From: Blasia pusilla | Taxonomy: Eukaryota | DNA length: 64,000 bases | Assembly (NCBI GenBank): GCA_050084515.1 | Contig: CM114271.1 | Coordinates: 29,388,001-29,452,000 of the forward strand | Reading direction: 5' to 3' | Shown here: positions 12,600-23,900 of the stretch, piece after piece | Layout of the letters: each line of letters opens with the position of its first letter | How positions within the stretch are numbered: the first letter of the stretch is position 1 | The notes under the pieces: generated by a model | What the model saw: only the letters and a program-made list of their open reading frames with translations | Told to the model about the DNA's origin: nothing | The model's database searches: none | Made by a program: the position numbers and the translations under genes

Positions 12600-13820
12600 G
12601 GACTAGTGGAGATGTCGCATGGGGAGTATGCACCGCCACCTTTGTCATGCCCGCCAAGAAGGATGTGCATGGCAAATCGGACGGATAGGCGGATGTGTGG
12701 GGATTACCGACCTATCAATCGGCATTTAAGTCCGATAGGTATGCCATGCCCACCCTTGAGGAGATCTTTGATGCGATTGGTCACGCAAAGGTCTTGATTC
12801 ATTGATTTGCGAGTGGATACCATCACCTGCCTATCGATTGGAGGACACGCAGAAGACGGCATTTTGGGGCATCGATCCTCGGGAAGGATTGTTTGTACCG
12901 GTGGCGGTTCTTACCATTTGGGTTAAAGAACGCCCGGCTGAGTTTCGAGGGTCATGGATAGGATCTTGGCTGGTCTGGATTTTGCTAGGTGTTATATTGA
13001 TGACATCGTAGTCTTTAGCGCCACGGTTGAGGAGCATGAGCAACATCTAGAGGAGGTATTTCGGACGATTGCAATTACATGGGCTGAAGCTACATCCAGG
13101 CAAGTGCAAGTTCTTCTCGACCAGATTGAGTACTTGGGTCATACGATATACCGGGGCCTTGGTGTTCAGCAGACAAAGGTAGAGGCTATCTCACGCATTC
13201 CACCCCCTACAGATGTGAGCCGTGTTCGCGCATTCATGGATTGGCGAACTTCTATCGGCGATACGTCAAGGGATTGATTCGATTGGAAGCTGACCTTGCT
13301 CACCAAGGTGGATCACGAGTGGCACTGGGGGGATGAGCAGGAGCGAGCATTTCAGTTGCTCAAGGACAGGTTGACGTCCGCACCCATCTTGAGGAGACCG
13401 ATCAGGGGGCGTCCTTTCCAGTTGCACACAGATTGGAGCATGTTTTTGTCCTTTCCAGTTGCACACAGATTGGGGCATGTTGGGGCTTGGAGTGGTGCTC
13501 ACCCAGCATGATGATGAGGGTAGAGAGTTTGTGGTGGCTTACGCTAGCCGCTCGAACAACGCTGCAGAGGCGAAGTACAACTCGTATGAGGGTGAGTGCT
13601 TGGCTGCGGTGTGGGCTGTCGTGCATTTCAGGTGTTACTTATTCGGCAACCCCTTTACCATCATCACTAATCATCAACCACTGAAGTGGTTGATGGAGTG
13701 CGACAAGCTTACAGGGAAGCTTGCGAGATGGGCTCTGTTGTTGCAGGAGTATGATTTTCAGGTTGTACATAGACCTGGAACGCTGAACCAGGATGCAGAT
13801 GGGTTGAGTCGTAACCCATG
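12600..13820 (+). pseudogene. Reverse transcriptase and RNase H (frameshifted)
   Basis: RMCGDYRPIN, KTAFW, CYIDDIVVFS, IEYLGH, FQLHTDW, VAYASRSNNAAEAKYNSYEGECLAAVWA, ITNHQPLKWL, NQDADGLSR. Confidence 0.93.
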
Positions 13821-14199
13821 CCCGAGTCAGCAAGATGCGACTGGAGCTCGATGGCATGGAGAGAGTGATGAGGAGTCGGTGCCAAGATGGCACGCGTCAG
13901 CCTATTTAGGCATGTTGGCTATGGAGAGCCAGAGTGTGGAGACTTCGATGGCGAGGTCTAGTGGAGAGTCTTTGGATCCCGAGGCCAGTGAGGACACGAC
14001 AAGTGGCCGAGATATTCATGATGATGGAGTAGTCTTAGAGTACCTTCGTACTGGCAGCCTTGCGAGCACCATGGATGCTAGAGAGCGGGATCGGATCCTA
14101 CAGCGGGCGAGACGGTTCCGTTGGGAGGGGACACATGTTTTGAGGGTTTGGGAGGATGGTAGAGTACGCGTAGTGCCGCATCCTTTGCAGAGAGCACGA

Positions 14200-15110
14200 C
14201 TAGTGCAGCATGCCCACGAGGAGTTGGGTCACTTTGGGGTGAAGCGGACGTATAGCTTGCTCCAGATTCAGTATTGGTGGCGAGGCATGCAGATTGACGT
14301 TCAGCAGTTTGTTGCCAAGTGCATGGTGTGTGATCGGGTCCGAGCATCGTTCAATGCTCCGACTCCACAGTTGCATCCATTACCGATCATGGGCTTAGGG
14401 TATAGATGGAGTTTGGATTTTGCAGGACCTTTGCCCTTGACAGAGCGTCACAGTCGTTATGTGTTGGTGATGGTCGAGCACTTCTCGAAGTGGATCGAGT
14501 TGGTTGCATTGCCTGACAAAGCAAGTGAGGGAGTAGCTTATGCCTTCCTTGAGTCTTTGAGTCATTATGGCGCACAGGTGAGGTGTTGATGCACCAGGAT
14601 ACCGAAGTTTAGCGGTGAGTTCCAGGCCTTGTGTGATCAGGGGACGATCGACCCCGCACGAGTTCGCGAGATCATCCTGGCGGATGGATTAGCGGAGAGA
14701 GTTTGTGAGGCGGTGAAGAGGGGTTTACGCAAGTATGGCTTGCAGAGAGGTCACCTAGGAGATTGGGACCTCCGTTGCCATGGTTGGCGATGGGATACTG
14801 ATTCAAGACGGGCATCCTTAGCGTCTTTTTCACCGTATTTGCTACTTTATGGCGAGAGCCGATTTACCCACGGCCATTCGTCGAGAGATCTTTGGTGAGG
14901 TCTTTGAACCTTGATGACCCAGATGTATGGGTGCGAGCATGTTCTCGAGGGCTGAGTTATTTCGGAGAGTGATGCCCATGGCGTTCGAGAACTTGGCGAT
15001 TGCACAGCATCGGGATACGTTGAGGTATGCGACTATTCGAGGTGGTGGTTATCGACCAACTACTCGGAGGTTTCATCAGGGAGATTATGTCTATTTGCAG
15101 CAGACGGCAC
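14200..15110 (+). pseudogene. DDE integrase (HHCC zinc-binding domain and rve core)
   Basis: HEELGHFGVKRT...CMVC, WSLDFAGPLP, YVLVMVEHFSKW, GLAERV, FSPYLLLYG, FHQGDYVYL. Confidence 0.92.
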
Positions 15111-15297
15111 CGACGACGTTGGATGTGATTGAGGGCGCACTATCCTGAGAGTACGTGACATTTTGCCATCGGGTGTTCTCTTGCTGGAGGGACGCGATGG
15201 TATGGTATGGAAGGACCATGTGCGTAATTGTGCGCCATGTCACCTTCCTAACATTGATGGTACAGTAGATCCGAGCTTAGTAGTAGTTCCTGTAGGC

Positions 15298-15444
15298 TTG
15301 CGTTGTATGTTGTGTGGTTCTGCCCGTGGTGCGGCCACGATGCTAGTCTGTGATGGGTGTTCGAGAGGATGGCATATGACATGTTTGACGCCACCTCTCA
15401 CTAGGGTTCCTCAGGGAGGATGGATGTGTCCCAGATGTACATAG
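15298..15444 (+). pseudogene. C-terminal PHD finger of pol
   Basis: CMLC...MLVCDGCSRGWHMTCLTPPLTRVPQGGWMCPRC fits the C4HC3 spacing. Confidence 0.9.
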
Positions 15445-15624
15445 AGAAGGTAGTTCTACATTCCGACTTGTGTCTATGACATGGATGACAAGGAGGCGAC
15501 TAACGATGGGGCCACATGAGCACCCGGCCTTCTTGCTCTTAGCGTCCGAGAGATGTATGTCATGGTAGGTAGGGATTGATGGCTATCTGGAGTTAGAGGA
15601 CCTAACCACCAGCTAGGGGGGCGA

Positions 15625-15751
15625 TTGGAGATATTTTGGTTCTTCTTGTCTTGTTGTTTGGATGCCATGAGTTAGCATGGGATCATGCGTGTTTGTGTGT
15701 GTGTTCGGTGACAGCGATGTATGTTGTGTAGCGATGTGTATGCGCACGATA
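15625..15751 (+). repeat. Split direct repeat B1 (127 bp), preceded by purine tract AGGGGGGCGA (15615-15624)
   Basis: Matches 16268-16394 almost exactly. Confidence 0.95.
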
Positions 15752-15753
15752 AC

Positions 15754-16394
15754 TGTCACGTCTTTTAGGATAGATCGGTGGGATCTAATAGAGCGCCTTC
15801 ATGAGTAGTGGAGGACACGCCCAGTAGGTCGAGGGTGACCTGTCGAGGCCCTTGGAAACCTGAGATAGCAGGTTTGCCTTTCGTTTCGGCTCATTTGGAG
15901 CCATATTGAGGAACTTACTATTTTAGGTAAGTACCATTTTGAGTATATGATCGACTTACTATTTTTGGTAAGTGGCCCTTGACCTCCTACATCAGGTCAA
16001 GAGCCAAGGAGGTGACTTGGGAGAATAGGTTACCATGGAGAGAGCTTGGGAGAGGAGAGGGGTATACCTCAAGGAGAGAGAACTTGAGAGCTCATTCTCT
16101 CTTTGTTGAACCTCTTGGCATGAGGCGGCGGAGCTATAGTACTTTGCCTTGTGAGTGTAACCCAAGCCTTTCATTAGGAGAGTGGGTTTGGTTTGACATG
16201 AGAGAGACTGCACACCTTTGAGAGCTATGGTGTGAGATGGTGGAGAGAGAGATTGGATCTTACTTTATTGGAGATATTTTGGTTCTTCTTGTCTCGTTGT
16301 TTGGATGCCATGAGTTAGCATGGGATCATGCGTGTTTGTGTGTGTGTTCGGTGACAGCGATGTATGTTGTGTAGCGATGTGTATGCGCACGACA
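15754..16394 (+). repeat. Split direct repeats A2 (15754-16267) and B2 (16268-16394)
   Basis: A2 matches A1 and B2 matches B1. Ends GACA. Confidence 0.95.
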
Positions 16395-16800
16395 CAAGAG
16401 CCAAACCCTACTTGACACTTTTGCCAGATGCATATGAAGAGGGGCAAGCCATTTGGGCCGGCTTCGGACCCCCTCAAAGACAATTTCTTTAAGTTATGAC
16501 TATCTAACATAGCTATGGCTATCAATGGGGTAACTTCAGCGGTCATATGGAGTTCCTCCGATTCCTCGGCATGGCTTATCATGTGGGTTTACGTGGTGAT
16601 GTTCATCGAATTGTAGTTGTTGTTTACAGCGTCGCTTGTGACTATGACAAAGTTATGTGACTCCGCAAGACGTCGCATGTACCCCCGCAAACTCTATATA
16701 TTTAGAGTTCATGACTGTTTCTCTCAATTAGTTTTGCTCCGCTATAAGGTAGGAAATATAACACGACCATTCCCTAATGTAGAAGGTCTCCAACTATGGC
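16395..16800. repeat. ~409-bp tandem repeat array, right part (rest of unit 2, start of unit 3)
   Basis: Colinear with 5620-6027. A third AACTCTATATATTTAGAGTTCA occurs at about 16690. Confidence 0.85.
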
Positions 16801-18342
16801 AACTATGGCACCAGAGGCTGACCTTTTTCATTAAACGCATACAAGAAAGTTATTTTAAAGGTACGTGAAGCAGGTTTGTTCATCATATTAGAAGTTGAAA
16901 TAAGAACACCATGGTTGGGAAAGTCCAATCATTTGAACCTGATTCATAACTTGCCAATGCATATGCATCAAATTCTAACAAAATCACAATATATGTTGAT
17001 TACTCGGTAGTAAGACTTGGTGATTCGCTGTCTTGCCTATCTCTGATTCAAGTCTTTATATTTAACTTTCTGCTTATGGTTGAAAGGGGGCAATGTCTCA
17101 CGGGCCACTGTGTTTTGAATGTTCATGGGATGCTTTCAATACTTTTTGTGTAAAGCTTCAACCCATTCCATCTTGCATCTCAGAGATCGGCCAAGTGGCC
17201 TATCTTCATTGAATGTTTCCCTTGGTCTCGCCCTTGGTTGCATTGGAGTTGGAAGCACTCCAACGTTGCAATCAAGCCTTGCCTTCAAAGTCAACAAGGA
17301 CTCATACATGCATGTGACTTACTACAGAGTATGGTCTTGCAAAATTTGGTTTGAGTTGGTGTCTTTGATGATAAACACTTCATTTCACATGCTTTCAATA
17401 GCTCGCAAAGATTCCTAAGGGTTTTCGAATTTAGAAGCATCTTGATTGGTCTGGTTATATGGAAATATGGGTTCAATCTCCTCTCCATCAATTCTATGGC
17501 TTTCAGGTCTAAGGGCAAGGGCTAATGTGCATGCTTTGGAATTTGTAAGACCCTTAAGACCTCCACATGCATCTACTTCTAAACTGTGGAGCGAGGAATA
17601 AAAGAATCTCCACCTTTGTGCTCCTAGACAACAACCAACAATTTTCCTATTTCAATGGGAGATGAAGTGAGAAAATGTGCTCCGCATGAGCATCTTATCT
17701 ATGCTGTTATGGGAGAGTGTCTTCTTGATTTGCAAACACCTCTATGTTTGACACATGACAATTGGGCAGCAAGAAAATATTTCACATACTACGGGCAGCA
17801 AGAAAAAATTGGAATTTATGTGCAACATCATTAATCTCTTCTTTTCATAGCCTTTACACTAGTTCTTCAAACACTTTTTTATTTCGCGTGGATCGCTCGA
17901 ACACCTTATCTATATTATTATATTATTATGGGAGAGTGTCTTCTTGATTTGCAAACACTTTTCTATTTCAACATCAAAATCAACTTTGGCGCATGTAAGA
18001 AGCATACGTCTATTCGTAGAGTGTAAACGCTCATTTGCACCCACATAGTCATTAATCTATTTGCTTCACGATCTGTTCACGAGGCTCTTCAAACACTTTT
18101 TTTATTTTTTTCTAAACCTTCTACTAGTGTAAGTAACATATGAATCCTTAGAAGCAAACTGAACTTCTAATCCCATGTTTGGTTAACTTATCCATTCAAG
18201 AGGACTCCGTTCATTCGCGTTCCCATTTTCGAAGGCCGTGGTATTTCCACGTTACAACAGGATTGTGGCTATGGTGGCAGGAGCGCGCACGGGGACTGCC
18301 TAACAGAGGAGCACGACGACCGCGACAGCATTTCCAAGCACA

Positions 18343-20370
18343 ATGGCACAATCTCTTCTTCTTCCCTTGCAGCGGGCGGTGACAGTGGGCTCCATGGCAC
18401 TACCGTTTTCTGGCAGTGCTTCCATGCGCTTGGTGCCCGCATCGCCGGTGGCAGTTTGCGCATCTCGTACCCCACACGCCCAGTTTCGGCTGAATGCGGC
18501 TCCAGGGGGAGTGCTGGGCGTCGAACCGGACCTGGACGAGGAGCAGAGGGACATCTGGATGACTGCCGGCGAGGACATGGTGGGTTTCTACCCTCGCAAT
18601 GTCCATTTATGTGATTTAGATTTCGTGTTGACTTCAATCCTCTGAGCCCGCAAATGAATTTGTGGAAGTACTCGCTGGAAATGGCTCATGGTCGCCCGAG
18701 TTGCTCTTAATTTCTTTCGTAGTTTATCTGTCTGATGTTCATGGTGTAGAGCTGTGGAGGTGGAGGCTAGTGGCGAAGTGTAGTGGAGTAAATAGTCCGA
18801 AACTGGCAAGTAGGTGAGGGAAGAATTGCTCAATTACTTGTGTTGGTATGGAAAGGAGTTGAGATTTGTGACATGAGATTCAAGTGAATTTGATCGATAA
18901 GCGAGTCATTGGTTTCGTCTCAGGCCTGTCTTTAAAATCAGTGTAGCTTCGTAGACGCGAGGGATGAGCCGAGAGTGATCGAATTGAACTGGCAGCTACA
19001 GAGGGGCACAAGCAAAAAATCGGCTGACTGGATCTTTTATGACAATTACGATGTTCACCTTGTGATGTGACAATTAAAGCGGGAAAACGGACTTTCTTTT
19101 GTGCAGGAGGAAGAATTTTTCCCTTACGGAAAAGCCGATGGAGCTCATACATGGCACAAGGGCGACGATGAAGGTTAGCTGATGCGTCCACAGCTTTGTT
19201 TTCGATTGTTTTCGATTTGCCTTAGTATCCCTTCAATGAACCCATTTGGGAGTCATTTGTTCCTTTAGGACCTCTTCATCACCGGAAACATGGTACCGTA
19301 GGATGCGATGGAATTGGTGCCTCAGTTTTGGGTTTATTAAGCTGTACCAATTCATTTTCATTTTTTTGCATCATAATGCCTGATAATGGATTGAGGTTTT
19401 TCGTTTTGAGTAGGTGGTTTCATTGAACCCATACTCAAGCAGATCGAAGAGTCAGGAGGACCGGCTACACATCCCGGACAAAGTACGTCAGACTGAACTT
19501 CTCGACTCATCCGTATGACCATGACACTCGCAAGTCCAGAAAGGAATGTGTTGAAAGTGCCAAATGCGGCACTAGTCTGCTTAAATCGGGGGGTTTGCTG
19601 AGTCGTACATGATTCTAGCCGAAGTGAGTGAAATTGGACTCGACGTCAGTGCTGTAGTCACAATTGTTGTTAGCCAATCACCTTTGGAGAAACTCCAATT
19701 TTGTTGATTTAGTTGATTATCCAAAGCTCGACATTGGAGCTCTTTGAACAACATAGGCCAAGGCTCTGTGATTAGTAATCAAAGAGACTTCATAGCCCTC
19801 TCTCCTGGATACGACAGTAACTTTCACATGTCGTGCAGATGTTATTTCGTGGCTCTTCCTGCCAGGAATCTTCAGCGGAATGGCTTTTGGTATTCAGGTA
19901 TGAGATGCTCTTTCACCCCTCACCGCTCCTACGGTGCATTGGCTCTCAAAACGGTGGTTTTTTAGGGTTTAGAAATTCTTTCAAACTGGGCAGGTTGAAT
20001 CGAATCCGTGCACTTGTTTGCTGAACAAACGGCCTTTGCTGGCGGTCTCCCATAATCTATCAGTGGCTTGGGCTGTTGAGTTTCTGCAGATCTCACATGA
20101 TTTCAATTGTCCGGATACTAAGGCTCCTACCTTTGAGGCGGCCTTCATCCTCTATGAGTTTCCCTCTTTAACAATCCTATTGCATTCACTGATCGGTCCT
20201 TGCAGTCGGAGTATCTGTACCTTGCGTGCGTGCTGTTCATCTTTGCCTTCATAGGCATTGAGATGGCCAAGCCAGACAAGCCAAGCAACTTCGAACCTGA
20301 GATCTCCCGGCTTGATCGCGTCTACGACAAGGGATACAAGCCGAGTGCTAGACAAGGTCAGGGTAACTAA
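18343..20370 (+). CDS. PnsB5: Chloroplast NDH complex subcomplex B subunit PnsB5/NDH18-like; join(18343-18579,19226-19292,19414-19482,19839-19897,20206-20370), ~198 aa
   Basis: Transit-peptide-like N-terminus, then VEPDLDEE, VISWLFLPGIFSGMAF and EYLYLACVLFIFAFIGIEMAKPDKPSNFEPEI, recognised as PnsB5-like. GT-AG introns are phase-consistent. Confidence 0.8.
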
Positions 20371-23289
20371 TTGTTGGACATAATGGCGAGAAAGCTGTCG
20401 AACTGCTCACGAACACCCTTTCCGGGAAGAAGGCACTTTATTGTAGTCCTCAAAGTAGTCACACTAAGCCTAAGATAGTCTTGACCTCAACATAGAGTGG
20501 TTTGTGAGCGATAGGTCGGCTTCCAGGCAACTATGGCTGGCAGCAGGGCAGTGACAGCCCAATCTAAAGCCTACCCACTCGCTGCCTTACTCATGTTGTC
20601 TTGTACTTGTACCGTGATTATTTGGAACCCATGCAGCTTGAGCATGTTCGCTATGGACGGGAGGAGCCATAGAACTGCGAGCGCTACCTTGGGCGCGTGT
20701 ATATCAATGAGAACCTGCTTTACTCCTTCCAGCAACCTCACAGTCTTACATGCGCTGGATTGAGTTTCACTCCAGCCCTTGAGATCGCCTCTGCTTGGCA
20801 TGTCTATATTTTATGATTGTGCAACCGGACGAATCCGCATCGGAGAGTAACATGTGCATCATGTTCACGCACTCCGGGCTTACAGCTAGTTTATGCCAAA
20901 ATTGGAAGTGGAAGTGTTGGGCATGTGTGAGGTGAGCACTTATTGGAAAGGAAAGCCTGCAGAAAAGGGGTGATGGGGAACCTGTCGAACTCACAAAAGA
21001 AGGGGGAGCAATGGGACCCAAACGTCCAATTGAGTGTTAGTAACGGCGACCGACCAAGTGTTTTTTAATCAGATTTTGAATTATATTGGCATGCAATGGT
21101 CATGTGTGTTCACTAGCAATGGGCATCGTACTTGGGGGTGCAATACCCATGGGAAAATTCTACGGCGGCAGTCATGACCCATACATCAATCTTGACCCGT
21201 AGTACGTTCTACACATTTACACCAGTGTGCAGATCCCTCTGTGCGGTTTCTTGATCACATATTTTCTATGTTTCCATATATCGTGGCATTTAGTGGGCAA
21301 GAGTTGAGAGCAAGATCCATTACCGAACATTTCCTACCCTGCCAGTACATTTTCCACTTCGTTGAAAGGACAATTTGTTCTCAAGCCCCACCATGTGCCT
21401 TCGAAGATATCCTATACCAGATTATGGCGAACGTCGCAACGTTCATATTAGTACATAGCACGGAACTAACTGTCATGTGTCAAGAAGAATTTGAATTTCA
21501 AAGAAAAGTTATCCTGTAATAATTTAGACTAAGTATGAAGTCACCGATCAATTAAGTTTATGTGGTCTAATTTTATGGGTAGACAAATCATTTTCTTGTT
21601 GTCCCGTAACAGCCTGTCAATCGAGACTTGTTTGAAAATAAAAAAAATAGAGATGTATGATTTATACCCATATATGGGCAATTTCCAATAGAGTGCTATA
21701 AAAAGAACACCCACACCGTTTTATGCCAGTTTCAATCACTTGAATATTAATTATGATAGTAAAATTCAATAAGAGGAGAGTGAGTGAAATCCCATGATGT
21801 TAAACGTATCATTAATAAAGCTAACGCCTTGTTGGGAAGTCTAAATAACGCTTTAAAAAGCCAAAATGTGCAACAAGGCTTTTAATATGGCTAGGTGATT
21901 TTTTATTTTAAAAGAGTATCCACGCTCACATGTAAATGATTCAAATAGCTTGATAAAAGATTATCACTATCATCATTAATTATCACTACTAAAAATCTAT
22001 CCGTCTTGCAAAAAATTAATCCTTTGTCGGAAAGTCATAAAATGCATGCATGCAATAGTGTCTAGGTGAAGATTTTTATTTTTCTTACACATGAGAATAA
22101 CCCCATCATGGAAAAGAAAATATAAAAGACACCAAAGACCCCAAGCAAAGAAATTATAAAGAAATCACAAACTAGTGCAACCCCAAAGTTACTTTGAGTA
22201 GAATTTTTTTTTTAAAACAAGGGGATAGATAAACCTCTCCATAGGTACTTTTTGGTTTTACTAAAATAATTAATTGATTGTGAAAACCTAAACATACTAA
22301 AGATGTAGAGGAGCCAAGTCTATCATGAGACACATATCATGATTTTAGATTGCATATTACAAAATAGCCCAAGAAGAGAGGTGATAATCTATTTGGGGCT
22401 CATAATAGTGATGGTAAATAACAAGGCTATCCTCACCACAATCCTCATTAGTTGGGCTACATGATCTAGAAGCTTTACTCTTTACCCATGATGTAACTAT
22501 TCAATTGAAAGCTACAAGCCTCTAATTAGAAAAGCATTCAATTATTCCACATCTTCATATACATGTCCATTTCACCAAATCTTTCTTAAAGATAGTGTTA
22601 AATAAACTTGTAATTAAGTTTCCTTAATTAAAAGTGGAAACTTAATCGATAAGAAATTTCACTATCTTAGGATTCTTAATTAATAATACGAATATTTTGA
22701 TAAATTAAATAAATATGAAAATAAGAGATATTTATTTCTAGTTTAAAATTCTTTTAAGGCTAATTAAACTTACAAATCTTATGTGATTATAGGCACAAAA
22801 GATATAATGAACCAAAAATTTTCTCAAAGAGGGAATTAATAACATAAATATATCTATAAAGATATTAGTAGTAATTGTAAAGATGTTTCTTGACGTTCAT
22901 ACTACGTTATTTTTGTGTATAAATATATAAGAACTGAGAGATTTCTTTTTCTTTAAAGATTGGCGACAAAAAATTAAATACTACCACAACTCTCCATTGT
23001 AGTATATCGCATCTTCTTGTGCCACAAAAGGATCACACAAATATTTTTTTGGAGATTGATAATGAATTAATCCTCCAATAGAGATGGGTGGCCCCTCCGT
23101 TGATACTCCCTCCTCACGATCATCACCGTTACCTTCTCAATGGAGACAATCAAATTCTTCCATCACTAAGGGAAAAAAAAACTTAAGCCTCATATCTTTC
23201 TCTAATTTTACAAAGAATTAATTTTTTTCTCATAAAAAAATTTCCTGAGTTTTCAAATCAAATTTTCCCAACTATGTGTAGAAAGTACT

Positions 23290-23900
23290 AACTAAATGTG
23301 CGAAACCTACACTCACACACAAGGAAGAGCTAGCTTACATAAAAGGAAAGAGTGAGAATGTGCACAAAGAGAAGTTTAGAGAACGAATATCTCATCTCTC
23401 TTTGTAGATATAGGTATGAATAGGGAATGCTTCCCCTACAATCTACACAAACGAATTCTCACTTTGTTTTTTATGGCGACCTTTGTACACAAGTCACTTT
23501 AAGACCTATCACTCTAAATGTCACAATACTAAACTACAAGAGTTTTCTTTGGGCTTGGACACATATTAGTTATCCTCCTCAAGATCAATCCTATATCCTT
23601 TACACATGAATTGAATCTAATGAAGTCAAACTTATCTTTGTATAGCACCTTGGTGAAGATGTTAGCCAATTGCTAATATGTAAGTCCTACTTTACTTTCT
23701 AAAACTTTCTTTCTCTATCAAATGATAATGCATCTCCATGTGTTTTGTTCTTCCATGAAACATAGGACCATTTTTCAAATCAACATTCTTGATGTTCTCT
23801 ACATACATGAGAGTTGGGTCTTAACATTCTAGACCTATATCTACAAGTAGATATTTCAATGACATTGATTCATATGTTGTTATGGTTGCTCCTCTATATT
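23290..23900 (-). mobile_element. Ty1/copia remnant: RNase H C-terminus, PPT-like tract and LTR fragment
   Basis: Minus strand reads PMFHGRTKHMEMHYH and QLANIFTKVL, followed by purine tract TTGAGGAGGA (about 23573-23582). 23310-23430 resembles 30880-30985 in inverted orientation. Confidence 0.7.

Larger units (their letters stand above)
6028..16394 (+). mobile_element. Full-length Ty3/gypsy-like retroelement with split direct repeats (A-internal-B-A-B) encoding Gag-PR-C5 DNA methyltransferase-RT-RNaseH-DDE integrase-PHD; degenerate
   Basis: Begins TGTCACG (6028) and ends CACGACA (16394). Repeats A and B are each present twice, and the domain motifs occur in this order. Removing the element restores the host tandem repeat. 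Flanks CGGG / CAAG are consistent with a decayed 4-bp TSD. Confidence 0.93.

Noticed and set aside
6028-16394. DIRS/PAT/Ngaro tyrosine-recombinase element, suggested by the split repeats
   Set aside because: No tyrosine recombinase motif seen. A DDE integrase, TG...CA ends and a TSD are present.
17707-17958. 33-bp direct repeat (17707, 17926); similar 26-bp tandem duplication at ~36953
   Set aside because: Ordinary local duplications with no further structure.
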